Positions 8,822-17,384 of a stretch of DNA of 64,000 nucleotides are shown piece by piece. The notes under the pieces are model-generated. The model saw only the letters and a program-made list of their open reading frames with translations. It was not told the DNA's origin and searched no databases. The translations under genes and the position numbers were made by a program. Every line of letters begins with the position of its first letter. Position 1 is the stretch's first letter. Source of the stretch: Opitutia bacterium (GTDB taxonomy: Bacteria > Verrucomicrobiota > Verrucomicrobiia > Opitutales > T3Sed10-336); assembly GCA_003566885.1 (NCBI GenBank), contig PXBO01000068.1:5313-69312 (forward strand), in the 5' to 3' direction.

Positions 8822-10306
8822 TCAATTTTTCTTGCGCCCTCCGGTGGGCGAGTTCGCTTCCTTTTTCATTTCATCGCTCAGCACCTCGGCCAGATTGCGG
8901 ACCGCGAGTTCGTCGGGGGCGTCCCGGGCTTTTTCCCGGTAGCGTTTTACCACCGGGTCCAGGTCATCCAGCAGGGGAATGGCGTCGCTGTTGCCGTATT
9001 CCTCGAAGTCCCTCCGGAAGGTCGCCAGGGACATCCTTTCCAAGGGCCGGGCCGGCTGGTAGCCGATCACATGGAAGGCGTTGCCGCTTTCAGGGATGCC
9101 GGAGATGTATCCGAGGTCGACCAGGCGGGTCAGGGATTCGTTTATGATTTGGCTGGGCGCTCCTACCAGGGTCGTCAGTTCATCGCTGGAAAACGGTTTT
9201 TCGCACCGCAGAAACCGGCGGCAGATTCTCACCAGCAACACGAGGCTCAGCAATTCCCGGGCGCTGTGACTGGTGTCCTTCCATGCCTCCTGGTTGCTGA
9301 GGTGGTTTACGTTTTGCACCGCGTAGATGATTTGGGCGCCGAAAAGGATGATCAGCCAGAACACGAATAATCCGAGCATGATAACCGGCAGTATGCCGAC
9401 CGAGCCGTAAATGCTGTAGGTGGTGACCACCCGTTGGACGTAAAGAAAGGTGAGGGCGTTGTTGGCCATCAAAAGCAGTGCCACAAAAGCCGCCCCGAAG
9501 AGAGCCGGACGCCAGGCCACGTGCGTATTGGGCATGAACCGGTAGAGCCCGGTCAGCAGTAAGGTGAGCAGCAACAGGGAGAACAGCGGGGTGAGCCATT
9601 GCATAAACGCCAGGAGTTGCTCGCCGAGCGGAAGGCGCTGCATAAGGTCGGTGAACGACAGCGAAAACAACCCCAGCGCGGCGAATCCGAGTACCGCGCC
9701 GAGGGAGATCAGGGTCCAGTAAAAGACCACCCGCTGGATCATGCTTCGCCCCTGTTTGACTCCCCAGACCGCGTTGAAGGCATTTTCCACTGAGGTAAGC
9801 AGTTGTATGGCGACCAGCACGATCAGAAGCATGCCCGCCAGGCCGACCGTGCCGGACTGGGCCCGGGCTATGAATTCGTCGATCAGCTCGGCCAGTTCGG
9901 GATTAATCGACAGGGTTTCCTGCTCGGATTCCCCTTCGATACTTTCATCCGGAATGGTGATTTGGGGCGCCACGAAGGTGATCGCCTGGTTCACCGCCCG
10001 CATGGCGATGTCGGAATCGGTGCGCTCCAAGACGAAGCCGGAAATGGTCACCGCGACCGCGATCAAGGGACCCACACCGAGAAGCGAGCTAAAGCAGAGC
10101 GCCGCTGCGCGGTTGCCGATATTGGTTTCTTTCAGACCGGAAAGGGCGATGGAAAAAATCCGCAGCAGGCGAAAGACGGATGCCTGGCGGGACTGTTCGC
10201 GCAGTCTGGATGCCTTCCAGATCTCTGTTTTGAAAAGTCGCTCGAGGCGCGCCTTCTCCCGAAGGTAGATCTTCTTAAGCGGTTCCTTTTGCCGTTTTGT
10301 GCTCAT
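8822..10306 (-). CDS. YihY/BrkB-family inner membrane protein with a C-terminal winged-helix-like extension
   Basis: 494 aa. NRAAALCFSSLLGVGPLIAV and about 6 TM segments are typical of YihY/BrkB. About 170 extra soluble C-terminal residues include DELTTLVGAPSQIINESLTRLVDLGYI. Confidence 0.8.
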   Translation of the reverse strand: MSTKRQKEPLKKIYLREKARLERLFKTEIWKASRLREQSRQASVFRLLRIFSIALSGLKETNIGNRAAALCFSSLLGVGPLIAVAVTISGFVLERTDSDIAMRAVNQAITFVAPQITIPDESIEGESEQETLSINPELAELIDEFIARAQSGTVGLAGMLLIVLVAIQLLTSVENAFNAVWGVKQGRSMIQRVVFYWTLISLGAVLGFAALGLFSLSFTDLMQRLPLGEQLLAFMQWLTPLFSLLLLTLLLTGLYRFMPNTHVAWRPALFGAAFVALLLMANNALTFLYVQRVVTTYSIYGSVGILPVIMLGLFVFWLIILFGAQIIYAVQNVNHLSNQEAWKDTSHSARELLSLVLLVRICRRFLRCEKPFSSDELTTLVGAPSQIINESLTRLVDLGYISGIPESGNAFHVIGYQPARPLERMSLATFRRDFEEYGNSDAIPLLDDLDPVVKRYREKARDAPDELAVRNLAEVLSDEMKKEANSPTGGRKKN

Positions 10307-10389
10307 GATGGCGGCGTTCCCTCACCTGGGAGAGTACGGCAATGGGTGACCAAGGCAAATGCGGGACGTCCTGCCGCCGCGGCCGACCA

Positions 10390-11139
10390 TCAGGTGAGCG
10401 CAAGAAGATAGGCGAACACCCCCATGCCGCCGAGTCCCAGCAAACTGAATATGGCCAGCGGAATCATGGCGACCGTTATGGTGCAGAAGTAAAGTCCGAT
10501 CGAACCGGCAACCGCCGCTGCCAGCAGGGTGGGCTCCCCGTAGGAAAAGTAGAGCAGGGCGAAAAAACCGACACCGAGGGCCGCCCGGAAGCGGATGAAC
10601 GGATAAACCGCGGTCGTACGCAGGAACAGGATGAAGGCGATCACCAGATCGACCACCCCGATCAGCACCAGGGGGTTGACCAGCATGCCCGAAATGTCGA
10701 AACCGAAGAGCAGCCCCGCGTCCTGGGCCACCAGGCCGATACCGCTGAGCAGGAAGATCACCGCGGCAACGTGCATGCCGCAATAGGCCAGCAACTCGCG
10801 TTTTTCGTCGAGGTTGCGTTTGTGCCTGGTGTCTTTGGTGCGACCCTCGGCCTGCGCCAGCATTTCGTCCACCGTGATGGGTGGAGCGTTCTCATCCTCC
10901 TGATTCAGGCGGGCGACTTCCTCTTTGGGCTTGAGGTTCAGCTTTTTCCGCTCCGGGAACAGCTTGGCCTTCAATTCGGGAAGTTCTTTCAGTTCGTTCC
11001 AGGTCTCTTTGTCGACATCGTAGATCAACGTGTCTGAGTCGATTTGGCCGGCTTCGGCCAAAGAGGCGAGTTGGTCAACGGTGAAGGGTCCTCGAGAATC
11101 CTCGACGTCCTGCTGCCTGATGTAGTATTCGGGCTCCAT
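10390..11139 (-). CDS. GYF_2 (DUF4339)-domain membrane protein
   Basis: 249 aa. The N-terminal YYIRQQDVEDSRGPFTVDQLASLAEAGQIDSDTLIYDVDKETWNEL is GYF_2-like. An FPERKKL linker follows, then about 5 TM helices. Confidence 0.65.
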   Translation of the reverse strand: MEPEYYIRQQDVEDSRGPFTVDQLASLAEAGQIDSDTLIYDVDKETWNELKELPELKAKLFPERKKLNLKPKEEVARLNQEDENAPPITVDEMLAQAEGRTKDTRHKRNLDEKRELLAYCGMHVAAVIFLLSGIGLVAQDAGLLFGFDISGMLVNPLVLIGVVDLVIAFILFLRTTAVYPFIRFRAALGVGFFALLYFSYGEPTLLAAAVAGSIGLYFCTITVAMIPLAIFSLLGLGGMGVFAYLLALT

Positions 11140-11225
11140 ATGCGATTGATGTTAAATGAGACAGACCGGGGGCTTTTTCAAGCCCAATAAAAAGAGAATG
11201 CCCTGACTTGGTTGAAATCGTCCGC

Positions 11226-12083
11226 TTAATCGCCCCCCGGCAGCCGGCCTTTTTCCCGTCCGCCGATCCAGCCCAACTTGGTTCTCACCACGCTGAAGTG
11301 CGAGTAGCCGGCCTGCTGCATCAGATTAAATGTGCGGCTGGAAATAAAAACCCGCAGTTCTTCCCCTCGATTGACGGAGAAGTGCCTCTGTCCGTCAAGA
11401 GTCACATCCAGAACCCCCGATTCCATGGGGTTGTGGATTCGAATTTCGGTTTCCTGGTGAAATATTACCGTACGGTTGCTCAATGTGTGCGGACAGATGG
11501 GGGTCATGGCGATTACTCTCGCCTGCGGCTCGATGATCGGTCCGCCGGCCGAAAGGTTGTAAGCAGTGGAACCGGTGGGGGTGGAGAAAATGAGGCCGTC
11601 GCACAGGTACTCGGTGACGTTGCGCTCGTTCGCCTGGACCCGCAGCGTTGCCAGGCGGCCGGTTTTTTCCACCTTGATGACGATGTCGTTGAGCGCCACC
11701 CCGCCCGGCGTTCCGTCCGGCTTGCGGCATTCCAGCATCGAACGCCGGTCGAGCAGGTAGTCTCCTCTTAATACCGAGCCGAAACTTTCCAGGGCCTCCT
11801 CCGCGGCCACCGTCGTCAGGAAGCCCAGACTCCCCCGATTGACCCCGAAAACCGGAACCCCCGTTCGCGAGGCCTCACTGGCCGCACTCAGCAAGGTCCC
11901 GTCCCCGCCGATCACGCAGCAGGCATCCTTGCCCTCGAGGAAGCCTTCCGGGATGGGAAAGGTGTCGATTACGTCGACGGTCACCCCTTCCTTTTCGGCC
12001 AGGGCGACCAACTGGCGACCCAGGCCGGGAGCGCCTGATTTGTCGCGGTTAATGATGAAGGCAATGTTTTTAAGACCCGGCAT
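11226..12083 (-). CDS. nadK: NAD(+) kinase
   Basis: 285 aa. It carries the GGDGTLL motif, NRGSLGFLT, and the ST(P)TGSTAY-type motif (FSTPTGSTAYNLSAGGPI). Confidence 0.9.
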   Translation of the reverse strand: MPGLKNIAFIINRDKSGAPGLGRQLVALAEKEGVTVDVIDTFPIPEGFLEGKDACCVIGGDGTLLSAASEASRTGVPVFGVNRGSLGFLTTVAAEEALESFGSVLRGDYLLDRRSMLECRKPDGTPGGVALNDIVIKVEKTGRLATLRVQANERNVTEYLCDGLIFSTPTGSTAYNLSAGGPIIEPQARVIAMTPICPHTLSNRTVIFHQETEIRIHNPMESGVLDVTLDGQRHFSVNRGEELRVFISSRTFNLMQQAGYSHFSVVRTKLGWIGGREKGRLPGGD

Positions 12084-12182
12084 GTAGGTGGCTTGCCCCT
12101 CATCAATACCAGCCGGCGGGCGGCAGGGACAAGGCCTGAGTTTTATGCGCTTGGCGGAATCCCGATATCGCGAGGTTCGCGT

Positions 12183-12210
12183 TTGACTCCGCGTGCCGGC
12201 TCCGTATTTT
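12183..12210 (+). promoter_or_regulatory. Candidate sigma70-type promoter for the 12232 gene
   Basis: TTGACT (12183-12188), a 16-nt spacer, then TATTTT (12205-12210), about 20 nt upstream of the ATG. This is consensus matching only. Confidence 0.25.
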
Positions 12211-12231
12211 AGTGGTAATCTATTCCCTGTG

Positions 12232-13308
12232 ATGAAATTCCATCGATCGGTTTCTCCCGACAGGATCTACTGGATCCGCGCTGCGGAGAACGGCCCGCCG
12301 AAGGGGCCGTACACCCTGGAGAACCTCCGTGAACTCGCGGAGTTTGGTCACGTGACCCGCGGCACCGAAATACGTCGCCAACCTGAGGAGACGTTTTTCC
12401 CACTGGAGCGGGATGGCGATCTGGTCACTCAGGTTTTTCCGGAGCGCCGACAACTCAAATTCGGATCTCAGTACCAGAGCCCGGGACTGGAAGATCAGCA
12501 CCGTCCGGTATCCATTCAGGAAATGCTTGGATGCGATCTCGATGAACCTCCGGGAGCGGAATCCGCCGACAAGCCTTCCGGGAACAGACCGGATACTGAG
12601 GGCTCATTGAGACTCCGGTTGGATACTTCGGTCCGGTACGAAACGATTTCCGATAAGGATACCGATGCGGATGTGCTCAATCCCCGGCAAACCCTGCAGG
12701 CCCTGGCAAAGGCACGGGCGCTTCGCCTGAGCCAGGATTCCGCGGCTTCGTGGAAAATCGATCGTTCCGTCTGGCTCAGTCGTTTTTCGCTGGCGGCGCG
12801 TTTGACCGGTTTGGCGGTGTTCGGCACCCTGGGCGTACGGATTTGGCTGGCGACCAACTGGGCCGGGGGTGATCCGGTCGGGGTGGTGATCGACTTTCTG
12901 TCGGGAGTGGTCCTCATCCTGGCGGGACTTATCCTTATGTTGCCGGAATTATTGCGCCTGGCGACGGCGCCGTTCGACGCGGCACTGTCACTGCTGATTT
13001 TCGGCAATCAGCGTTCACCCCAAAAACCCGACCTGTCCGAGGTGGAACGTTGGCAGGAGCGGGGAGACCTGGAAAAAGCGCTTTCGGTTTGTCGCAGGCA
13101 ATTGGGTCACTCGCCCGAATTCATGCCCCTTCACCTGAAAGCCGTCCGCTTGTGCCTGCGCCTGGGATGGGACAAAGAAGCACAGCGCCATTATCGCCGC
13201 GCGCTGAAAAAGATCACCTGCGGACAGGACCGCAACCTCTTTGTCGGAATGCTCCGTCAGGACGGTTACGCTGCGCCCGGCCCGAATCGGGCCGGGGATT
13301 CTCATTAA
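12232..13308 (+). CDS. GYF_2 (DUF4339)-domain membrane protein with a TPR-like C-terminus
   Basis: The ATG at 12232 gives MKFHRS..IYWIRAAENGPPKGPYTLENLRELAEFGHVTRGTEI (GYF_2-like). An FPERRQL linker follows, then TM segments (GLAVFGTLGVRIWLA, VVLILAGLILMLP) and a helical-repeat tail. Confidence 0.6.
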   Translation: MKFHRSVSPDRIYWIRAAENGPPKGPYTLENLRELAEFGHVTRGTEIRRQPEETFFPLERDGDLVTQVFPERRQLKFGSQYQSPGLEDQHRPVSIQEMLGCDLDEPPGAESADKPSGNRPDTEGSLRLRLDTSVRYETISDKDTDADVLNPRQTLQALAKARALRLSQDSAASWKIDRSVWLSRFSLAARLTGLAVFGTLGVRIWLATNWAGGDPVGVVIDFLSGVVLILAGLILMLPELLRLATAPFDAALSLLIFGNQRSPQKPDLSEVERWQERGDLEKALSVCRRQLGHSPEFMPLHLKAVRLCLRLGWDKEAQRHYRRALKKITCGQDRNLFVGMLRQDGYAAPGPNRAGDSH

Positions 13309-14051
13309 CGGTCGGCTTGCTGCTGAAACCCGTTGGTCACTCGAATCACTTGCGGGATCATCCGCGGGTCGAATTCACCGAAGTCGGGAGTGTTGTTGAG
13401 GGTCTGTACGGTCAGCCGCTGCACCGCCGCGAATTCGCGATTCAGTTCGTTACGCACGTTGGTCAGCCTCTCCCGGGCGTCGGAACCTTCTTCGGTGTCG
13501 CGCAAGGCGTTATTGACCCGTTGAATCTGCCCCACCACTTCGCGAAAATGGTCTTCCAACTCTTTCAGTTCGGAGGAATCCTCCACTGCCGCATTCCAAC
13601 GTTCGAGAAATGCATACACCTCGGCGCGGGGATTCGGAGAAGGTTCGCCGCCATCCCCGCCGGAGGCGGGCGCCGGTTCGGCCGTCGCCTGGATGCGGGC
13701 GGAGCTGAGCGACAGGGTTCGTCGTGCGTCCCCGTGACGCAGGGTCAGGAGGTTCTTCTCCGCGTCGAAACCGACGACCTGCAGTCCGTCGCGGTTCTGC
13801 CCCGGCTCGATCCAGAAGGTGGTTCCCTCCGCGGGATCGCGCAGGCTGAACATGGGGCCGCCGGGAAGGCGAACGACCGAACGGAGTTCAAGACGCTCCA
13901 GATACTCCGAGACCGGAGCAATCCGAGCAGGGGCGGCGACGGTTGTGGCCGGATTCTCCTCCCCCGATTCAGCAAGCAGATTCCCTTGGGAGAAACTGCC
14001 CACCAAAATCAAGGCCGCGAGCAAAAGTGCGGCGAACGATTGAATTTTCAT
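13305..14051 (-). CDS. Secreted hypothetical protein
   Basis: The internal ATG at 14051 gives a signal peptide, MKIQSFAALLLAALILVGSFS. Codon third positions are GC-rich throughout. I recognise no family motif. Confidence 0.55.
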   Translation of the reverse strand: MKIQSFAALLLAALILVGSFSQGNLLAESGEENPATTVAAPARIAPVSEYLERLELRSVVRLPGGPMFSLRDPAEGTTFWIEPGQNRDGLQVVGFDAEKNLLTLRHGDARRTLSLSSARIQATAEPAPASGGDGGEPSPNPRAEVYAFLERWNAAVEDSSELKELEDHFREVVGQIQRVNNALRDTEEGSDARERLTNVRNELNREFAAVQRLTVQTLNNTPDFGEFDPRMIPQVIRVTNGFQQQADR

Positions 14052-14184
14052 GACGGATTTAATTTCGAGGCGCCGAATTCCAAACCGCAATCCGGTTGAC
14101 AGGTTTAAATCAATTAAAATCCCGGCGAAAAGCAACGCTAATTGCCGAGCAAAGGCCAACGCCACTCCGTCTCTTCAATCGAAT

Positions 14185-14202
14185 GGCGGAGAGGGAGGGA
14201 TT
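14185..14202 (-). repeat. Exact 18-nt direct copy of the tRNA-Ser 3' end (att-like scar)
   Basis: GGCGGAGAGGGAGGGATT at 14185-14202 is identical to 14329-14346. That stretch covers the T-loop, the 3' acceptor strand, the discriminator and 2 nt of the adjacent tRNA-Ser. The copy is in the same orientation, 126 bp downstream of the tRNA. Confidence 0.7.
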
Positions 14203-14265
14203 GACTCGCGTTGCTCGGGGCTTCGCCCCAAACCTTCGGTTTGCCGTTCCGCTTCGCTCCACAAA

Positions 14266-14278
14266 CCCCCTGCGGGGG
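14266..14278 (-). terminator. Weak intrinsic terminator after tRNA-Ser
   Basis: The minus strand reads CCCCC-GCA-GGGGG followed by TTTGTGG, about 50 nt past the tRNA 3' end. Both the stem and the U-tract are short. Confidence 0.4.
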
Positions 14279-14287
14279 GTCTCATCT

Positions 14288-14303
14288 CCTCCCTCTTGCC
14301 GCC
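14288..14303 (+). repeat. Inverted near-copy of the tRNA-Ser acceptor 3' strand
   Basis: The plus strand reads CCTCCCTCTTGCCGCC. The tRNA sense sequence is CCTCCCTCTCCGCC, so this copy differs by a 2-nt insertion. It is complementary to 14185-14198 and could close a stem of about 119 nt. Confidence 0.55.
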
Positions 14304-14330
14304 GCCTCGGCGACTGCGTCTTGAGTCAGG

Positions 14331-14415
14331 CGGAGAGGGAGGGATTCGAACCCCCGGTACCTTGCGGCACACCTGATTTCGAGTCAGGCACATTCGGCCA
14401 CTCTGTCACCTCTCC
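14331..14415 (-). tRNA. tRNA-Ser (anticodon CGA)
   Basis: 85-nt type II cloverleaf folded by hand. Acceptor stem GGAGAGG/CCTCTCC; 3-bp D stem; anticodon stem CCTGA/TCAGG with loop CTCGAAA. The long variable arm is GTGCC-GCAA-GGTAC, the T arm is GGGGG-TTCGAAT-CCCTC and the discriminator is G. The CCA end is not fully encoded. Confidence 0.9.
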
Positions 14416-14464
14416 GAAAAGGTGAAAGGTTGGCGGAGGGTCGGGGTGATGACAAGATCGAAAC

Positions 14465-14481
14465 GTGCCTGACTCGAAATC
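14465..14481 (+). repeat. Inverted 17-nt copy of the tRNA-Ser anticodon arm
   Basis: GTGCCTGACTCGAAATC on the plus strand at 14465-14481 equals the tRNA sense sequence encoded at 14375-14391 on the minus strand. It lies 50 nt upstream of the tRNA 5' end. Confidence 0.7.
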
Positions 14482-14678
14482 TTTCGAAAAGGAAAGGCCG
14501 GCTCCAAAAGAGGACGGGCAAACGCGAGGGGAATCGGGAAACTTTTTCGATAGGGGGCCCGCTGGTGAAGACGGCGAGAATTTCCCGGAGATTTCGAATA
14601 TCCCGGGGGGATCGTTTTCCAGGATCAGGGCGTCGGTCCGTTTTCCAGGTTCGAGGGTTCCCGGGTCTCCGCGGAGAA

Positions 14679-15638
14679 TCAGACCTGACCGTCGTTCAGA
14701 AACGCCAGGGCTCTTTTTTCCGACCAATAGACATCGCCGCCGGGCCGTTCCATGAATCCGACGTGTCCGCCGTGACGGGGTGTTTCCAGGATCACCCCGG
14801 GATTCCTGGCGATATGGGCGTGGGGAAAACATTCCGGACTGAGAAAGGGGTCGTCGAGGGCGTTCACGATCAGAACCGGCACACGGATGCCGGGAATATA
14901 TTGGGCGCTGGAGCAGCGATCCCAGTAGTCGCGGGCGCCGGAGAAACCGTGCAGGGGTGCGGTGTAGCGGTCGTCGAACTGGTGGAATGTCCGCAGCGCC
15001 CGCAGTCCGTCCAGGTGGATTTCCCCGGGGAACTGTTCGTGTTTCCGGCGCATTTTGGCGCTCAGGAGACGAACGAACCGGTGCATGTACACCCGGTTGG
15101 CGGGACGGGCCAGGCGATCCGCGCTGCCGGCGAGGTCACAGGGCACGGAGAACACCACCGCACCGCTGACCATTGGGGGAACCTCTTGGTCCGGTTTGCC
15201 CAGGTAAACCAGTGTCATGTTTCCGCCGATACTGAAACCGCTCAAGGCGATCCGCTCGTACCCCTGGAGCAATCCGTGCCGCACCACCAGAGCGAGGTCT
15301 TTCGTTTCGCCGCTGTGATAGAAGCGTGGTTGACGATTAAGCTCGCCGCTGCAGGAACGGAAGTTCCAGGCCAGGACATCCCAGCCGGAAGCCAATGCCT
15401 CCCGCGCGAGGCCGAGCACGTAGGGGCGGCGACTACTGCCCTCCAGGCCGTGACTGATGATCAGCAGACGCGGATGGCCGCCCCGGTACCAGTCCAGGTC
15501 GAGGAAATCGTCGTCGGGGGTGATGATCCGCTCGCGCTGCGGCGGGGCCACCGGCACCCGGCGAAACAACGCCGGCCAGGCGGTTTGTACGTGGGCGTTG
15601 CGCCACCAGGGCGCGGGATTGAAAGAAGGGAAGGCCAC
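14679..15638 (-). CDS. Alpha/beta-fold hydrolase (YheT/ABHD1-3-like)
   Basis: 319 aa with a GTG start. The N-terminal PWWRNAHVQTAWPALFRR, then LIISHGLEGSS and the nucleophile elbow GFSIGG, match the YheT-type esterase family. Confidence 0.8.
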   Translation of the reverse strand: MAFPSFNPAPWWRNAHVQTAWPALFRRVPVAPPQRERIITPDDDFLDLDWYRGGHPRLLIISHGLEGSSRRPYVLGLAREALASGWDVLAWNFRSCSGELNRQPRFYHSGETKDLALVVRHGLLQGYERIALSGFSIGGNMTLVYLGKPDQEVPPMVSGAVVFSVPCDLAGSADRLARPANRVYMHRFVRLLSAKMRRKHEQFPGEIHLDGLRALRTFHQFDDRYTAPLHGFSGARDYWDRCSSAQYIPGIRVPVLIVNALDDPFLSPECFPHAHIARNPGVILETPRHGGHVGFMERPGGDVYWSEKRALAFLNDGQV

Positions 15639-15653
15639 CGGTTCGGGCGGCGG

Positions 15654-16193
15654 TTACCGGATCTCCCGCAACGTCATGCCGCAAGTCATCATGCGATCGC
15701 CGTGATAAGGATTGCGGATTCCGGACTCGCGGCTCAACCAATCGGCCGAACCCCCGCGGACCATGGGGCAGCGCTGCACATAAATTGCCGTGCCAGGTGA
15801 ACCGTACCGTTCCGCCACCCGGATCATGCTTTCAGAAAGGGATTCAAACTGATAACGCTGGTCTTCGACATCCTCCTGGCCCGTCATGGTCTGCGCCCGT
15901 TCCAGCAGGATCGTACGCTGATCCGCCCAGAAGGCACTGGAGCCGCCATTGGAGGATTGCAGCACGGCGGCGAAGGTCTCCGCCGCTTCGGCGGCTGCCT
16001 CCGCGTCGCTCAGGGTCAGGACCTCCGCCAGGTTAAAATATCCCTCCAGGATGCCGGAATAATTTTCCGGCGGTTCCGTGTCTGCTCCCGCGCGTTCCCC
16101 CGTTCCATTCCCGCCGCATGCGGCCAGAAGAATTGCCGCCACCAGCGGCAATGAAAAAGTCACAGTGCGGGTCAAAAAAAATACCGATTTCAT
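15654..16193 (-). CDS. DUF3347-like lipoprotein
   Basis: The internal ATG at 16193 gives MKSVFF...LLAAC, a lipobox. The C-terminal YVQRCPM....W......NPYHGDRMMTCG resembles the DUF3347 signature. The longer track ORF adds a non-signal N-terminus. Confidence 0.55.
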   Translation of the reverse strand: MKSVFFLTRTVTFSLPLVAAILLAACGGNGTGERAGADTEPPENYSGILEGYFNLAEVLTLSDAEAAAEAAETFAAVLQSSNGGSSAFWADQRTILLERAQTMTGQEDVEDQRYQFESLSESMIRVAERYGSPGTAIYVQRCPMVRGGSADWLSRESGIRNPYHGDRMMTCGMTLREIR

Positions 16194-16482
16194 GATACCC
16201 CCCATCAAACCCGGATTTCCCAAACCCGTCAACCCGCGGGATAGGGCAGCAACGGCGACAACGACGGAGGCTTGCTTGCCTGGTTCCTCTGCCGTTCCAC
16301 CAATGACTGTTCTTCGCGGCTCCGCAGGAGGTTCGAACATTTTATTTTCAGGGTTGACACCGATCCAGTCCGTCTTTCTAACGTATACAAAACGACTACG
16401 AAAAGAGTTTGCCGTTTCTCCTTAAAGCCCGGTGAGTGGCCCAGATACCTCGACGTTTTTTCCGAAATTAAAACCCTGCCGA

Positions 16483-17340
16483 ATGACTATGAAAACTCGA
16501 TACCTGCTCCTGATCTGTTTACTGCCCTGGTTAGTCGCCGAAGCCGACGACGGCTCTGATCTCCGCCTGTTGAGCGATGCCGAGGCGGACGCCATTGTCC
16601 GGGCGGAAGTCGCCGCCCGTGCGGACCGCGAAGCCGCCCGTCCTTTTAATCGAATCGAATTCGACGTCCTTGAGACCCGGGAGGTCTCGCGGGAAGGGCG
16701 GACCAACCTGATCATGAACCGCGTCACGCCCCCGGACCTGCCGCCGGTGCCCCAGGAGGAGGCGGACCCGTACGCCCGGTTCTCCGAAGAGGAGTTGGAG
16801 GTGGCCCGGGATTACGGCCTTTCCCTGGCGGCGTTGGCCTACCTTCAACGCACGGATTACCTGGAGAATGTGACATTATTCCTGTCGGCGACCATTTACG
16901 ACCGCGAGATCACCCGGCTTCGCTGGCAAAACGCGGAAGGCCGGACCTTCACCGTCCATTCCAATATCGATTTCAATTACCTGCGCGGGGTACGCGGCTT
17001 CGAAGCGGGCGACGGAAAAACCTACTACACCCTGATGATGGGCATCGGCGAAGCGGGGGTAGCCGCCAACGAATCACACCTGCCGCCTCCGGGGACCTTG
17101 GATTCCGAGAACGTCGGTTACGTGGTGTCAGCCGAGAGCACGTTCTTGCCGACCCGGGAAGACCTCGTCCCCATCGACGCCCTGCACGCCTGGTATCAGG
17201 AAAACGAAGAGCGATTGAAAATCGAACACCAGCGCCGCGGCGCGCTCAACGCGGCATGGGTGCGCCACCGGGCCGCCAATCCTCCGGAAGAACGGCCCGC
17301 AGTGATCAACTTTTGGCCTGTGGAGCCCCCTCGGCGCTGA
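16483..17340 (+). CDS. Secreted hypothetical protein
   Basis: The ATG at 16483 gives the signal peptide MTMKTRYLLLICLLPWLVAEA. It is the first gene of a same-strand run with 38-44 nt gaps. Confidence 0.5.
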   Translation: MTMKTRYLLLICLLPWLVAEADDGSDLRLLSDAEADAIVRAEVAARADREAARPFNRIEFDVLETREVSREGRTNLIMNRVTPPDLPPVPQEEADPYARFSEEELEVARDYGLSLAALAYLQRTDYLENVTLFLSATIYDREITRLRWQNAEGRTFTVHSNIDFNYLRGVRGFEAGDGKTYYTLMMGIGEAGVAANESHLPPPGTLDSENVGYVVSAESTFLPTREDLVPIDALHAWYQENEERLKIEHQRRGALNAAWVRHRAANPPEERPAVINFWPVEPPRR

Positions 17341-17384
17341 CCAACCGGCCTGTCGAATCTCTTAAACCGTTAAACGCAGATAAA

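Noticed and set aside
14326-14832. 168-aa minus-strand ORF overlapping the tRNA
   Set aside because: It reads straight through tRNA-Ser and its upstream region and has no coding signature.
14430-15800. 456-aa plus-strand ORF
   Set aside because: Antisense to the alpha/beta hydrolase and the 3' end of the DUF3347 gene, both of which have recognisable signatures. The product is Gly/Arg/Pro-rich.
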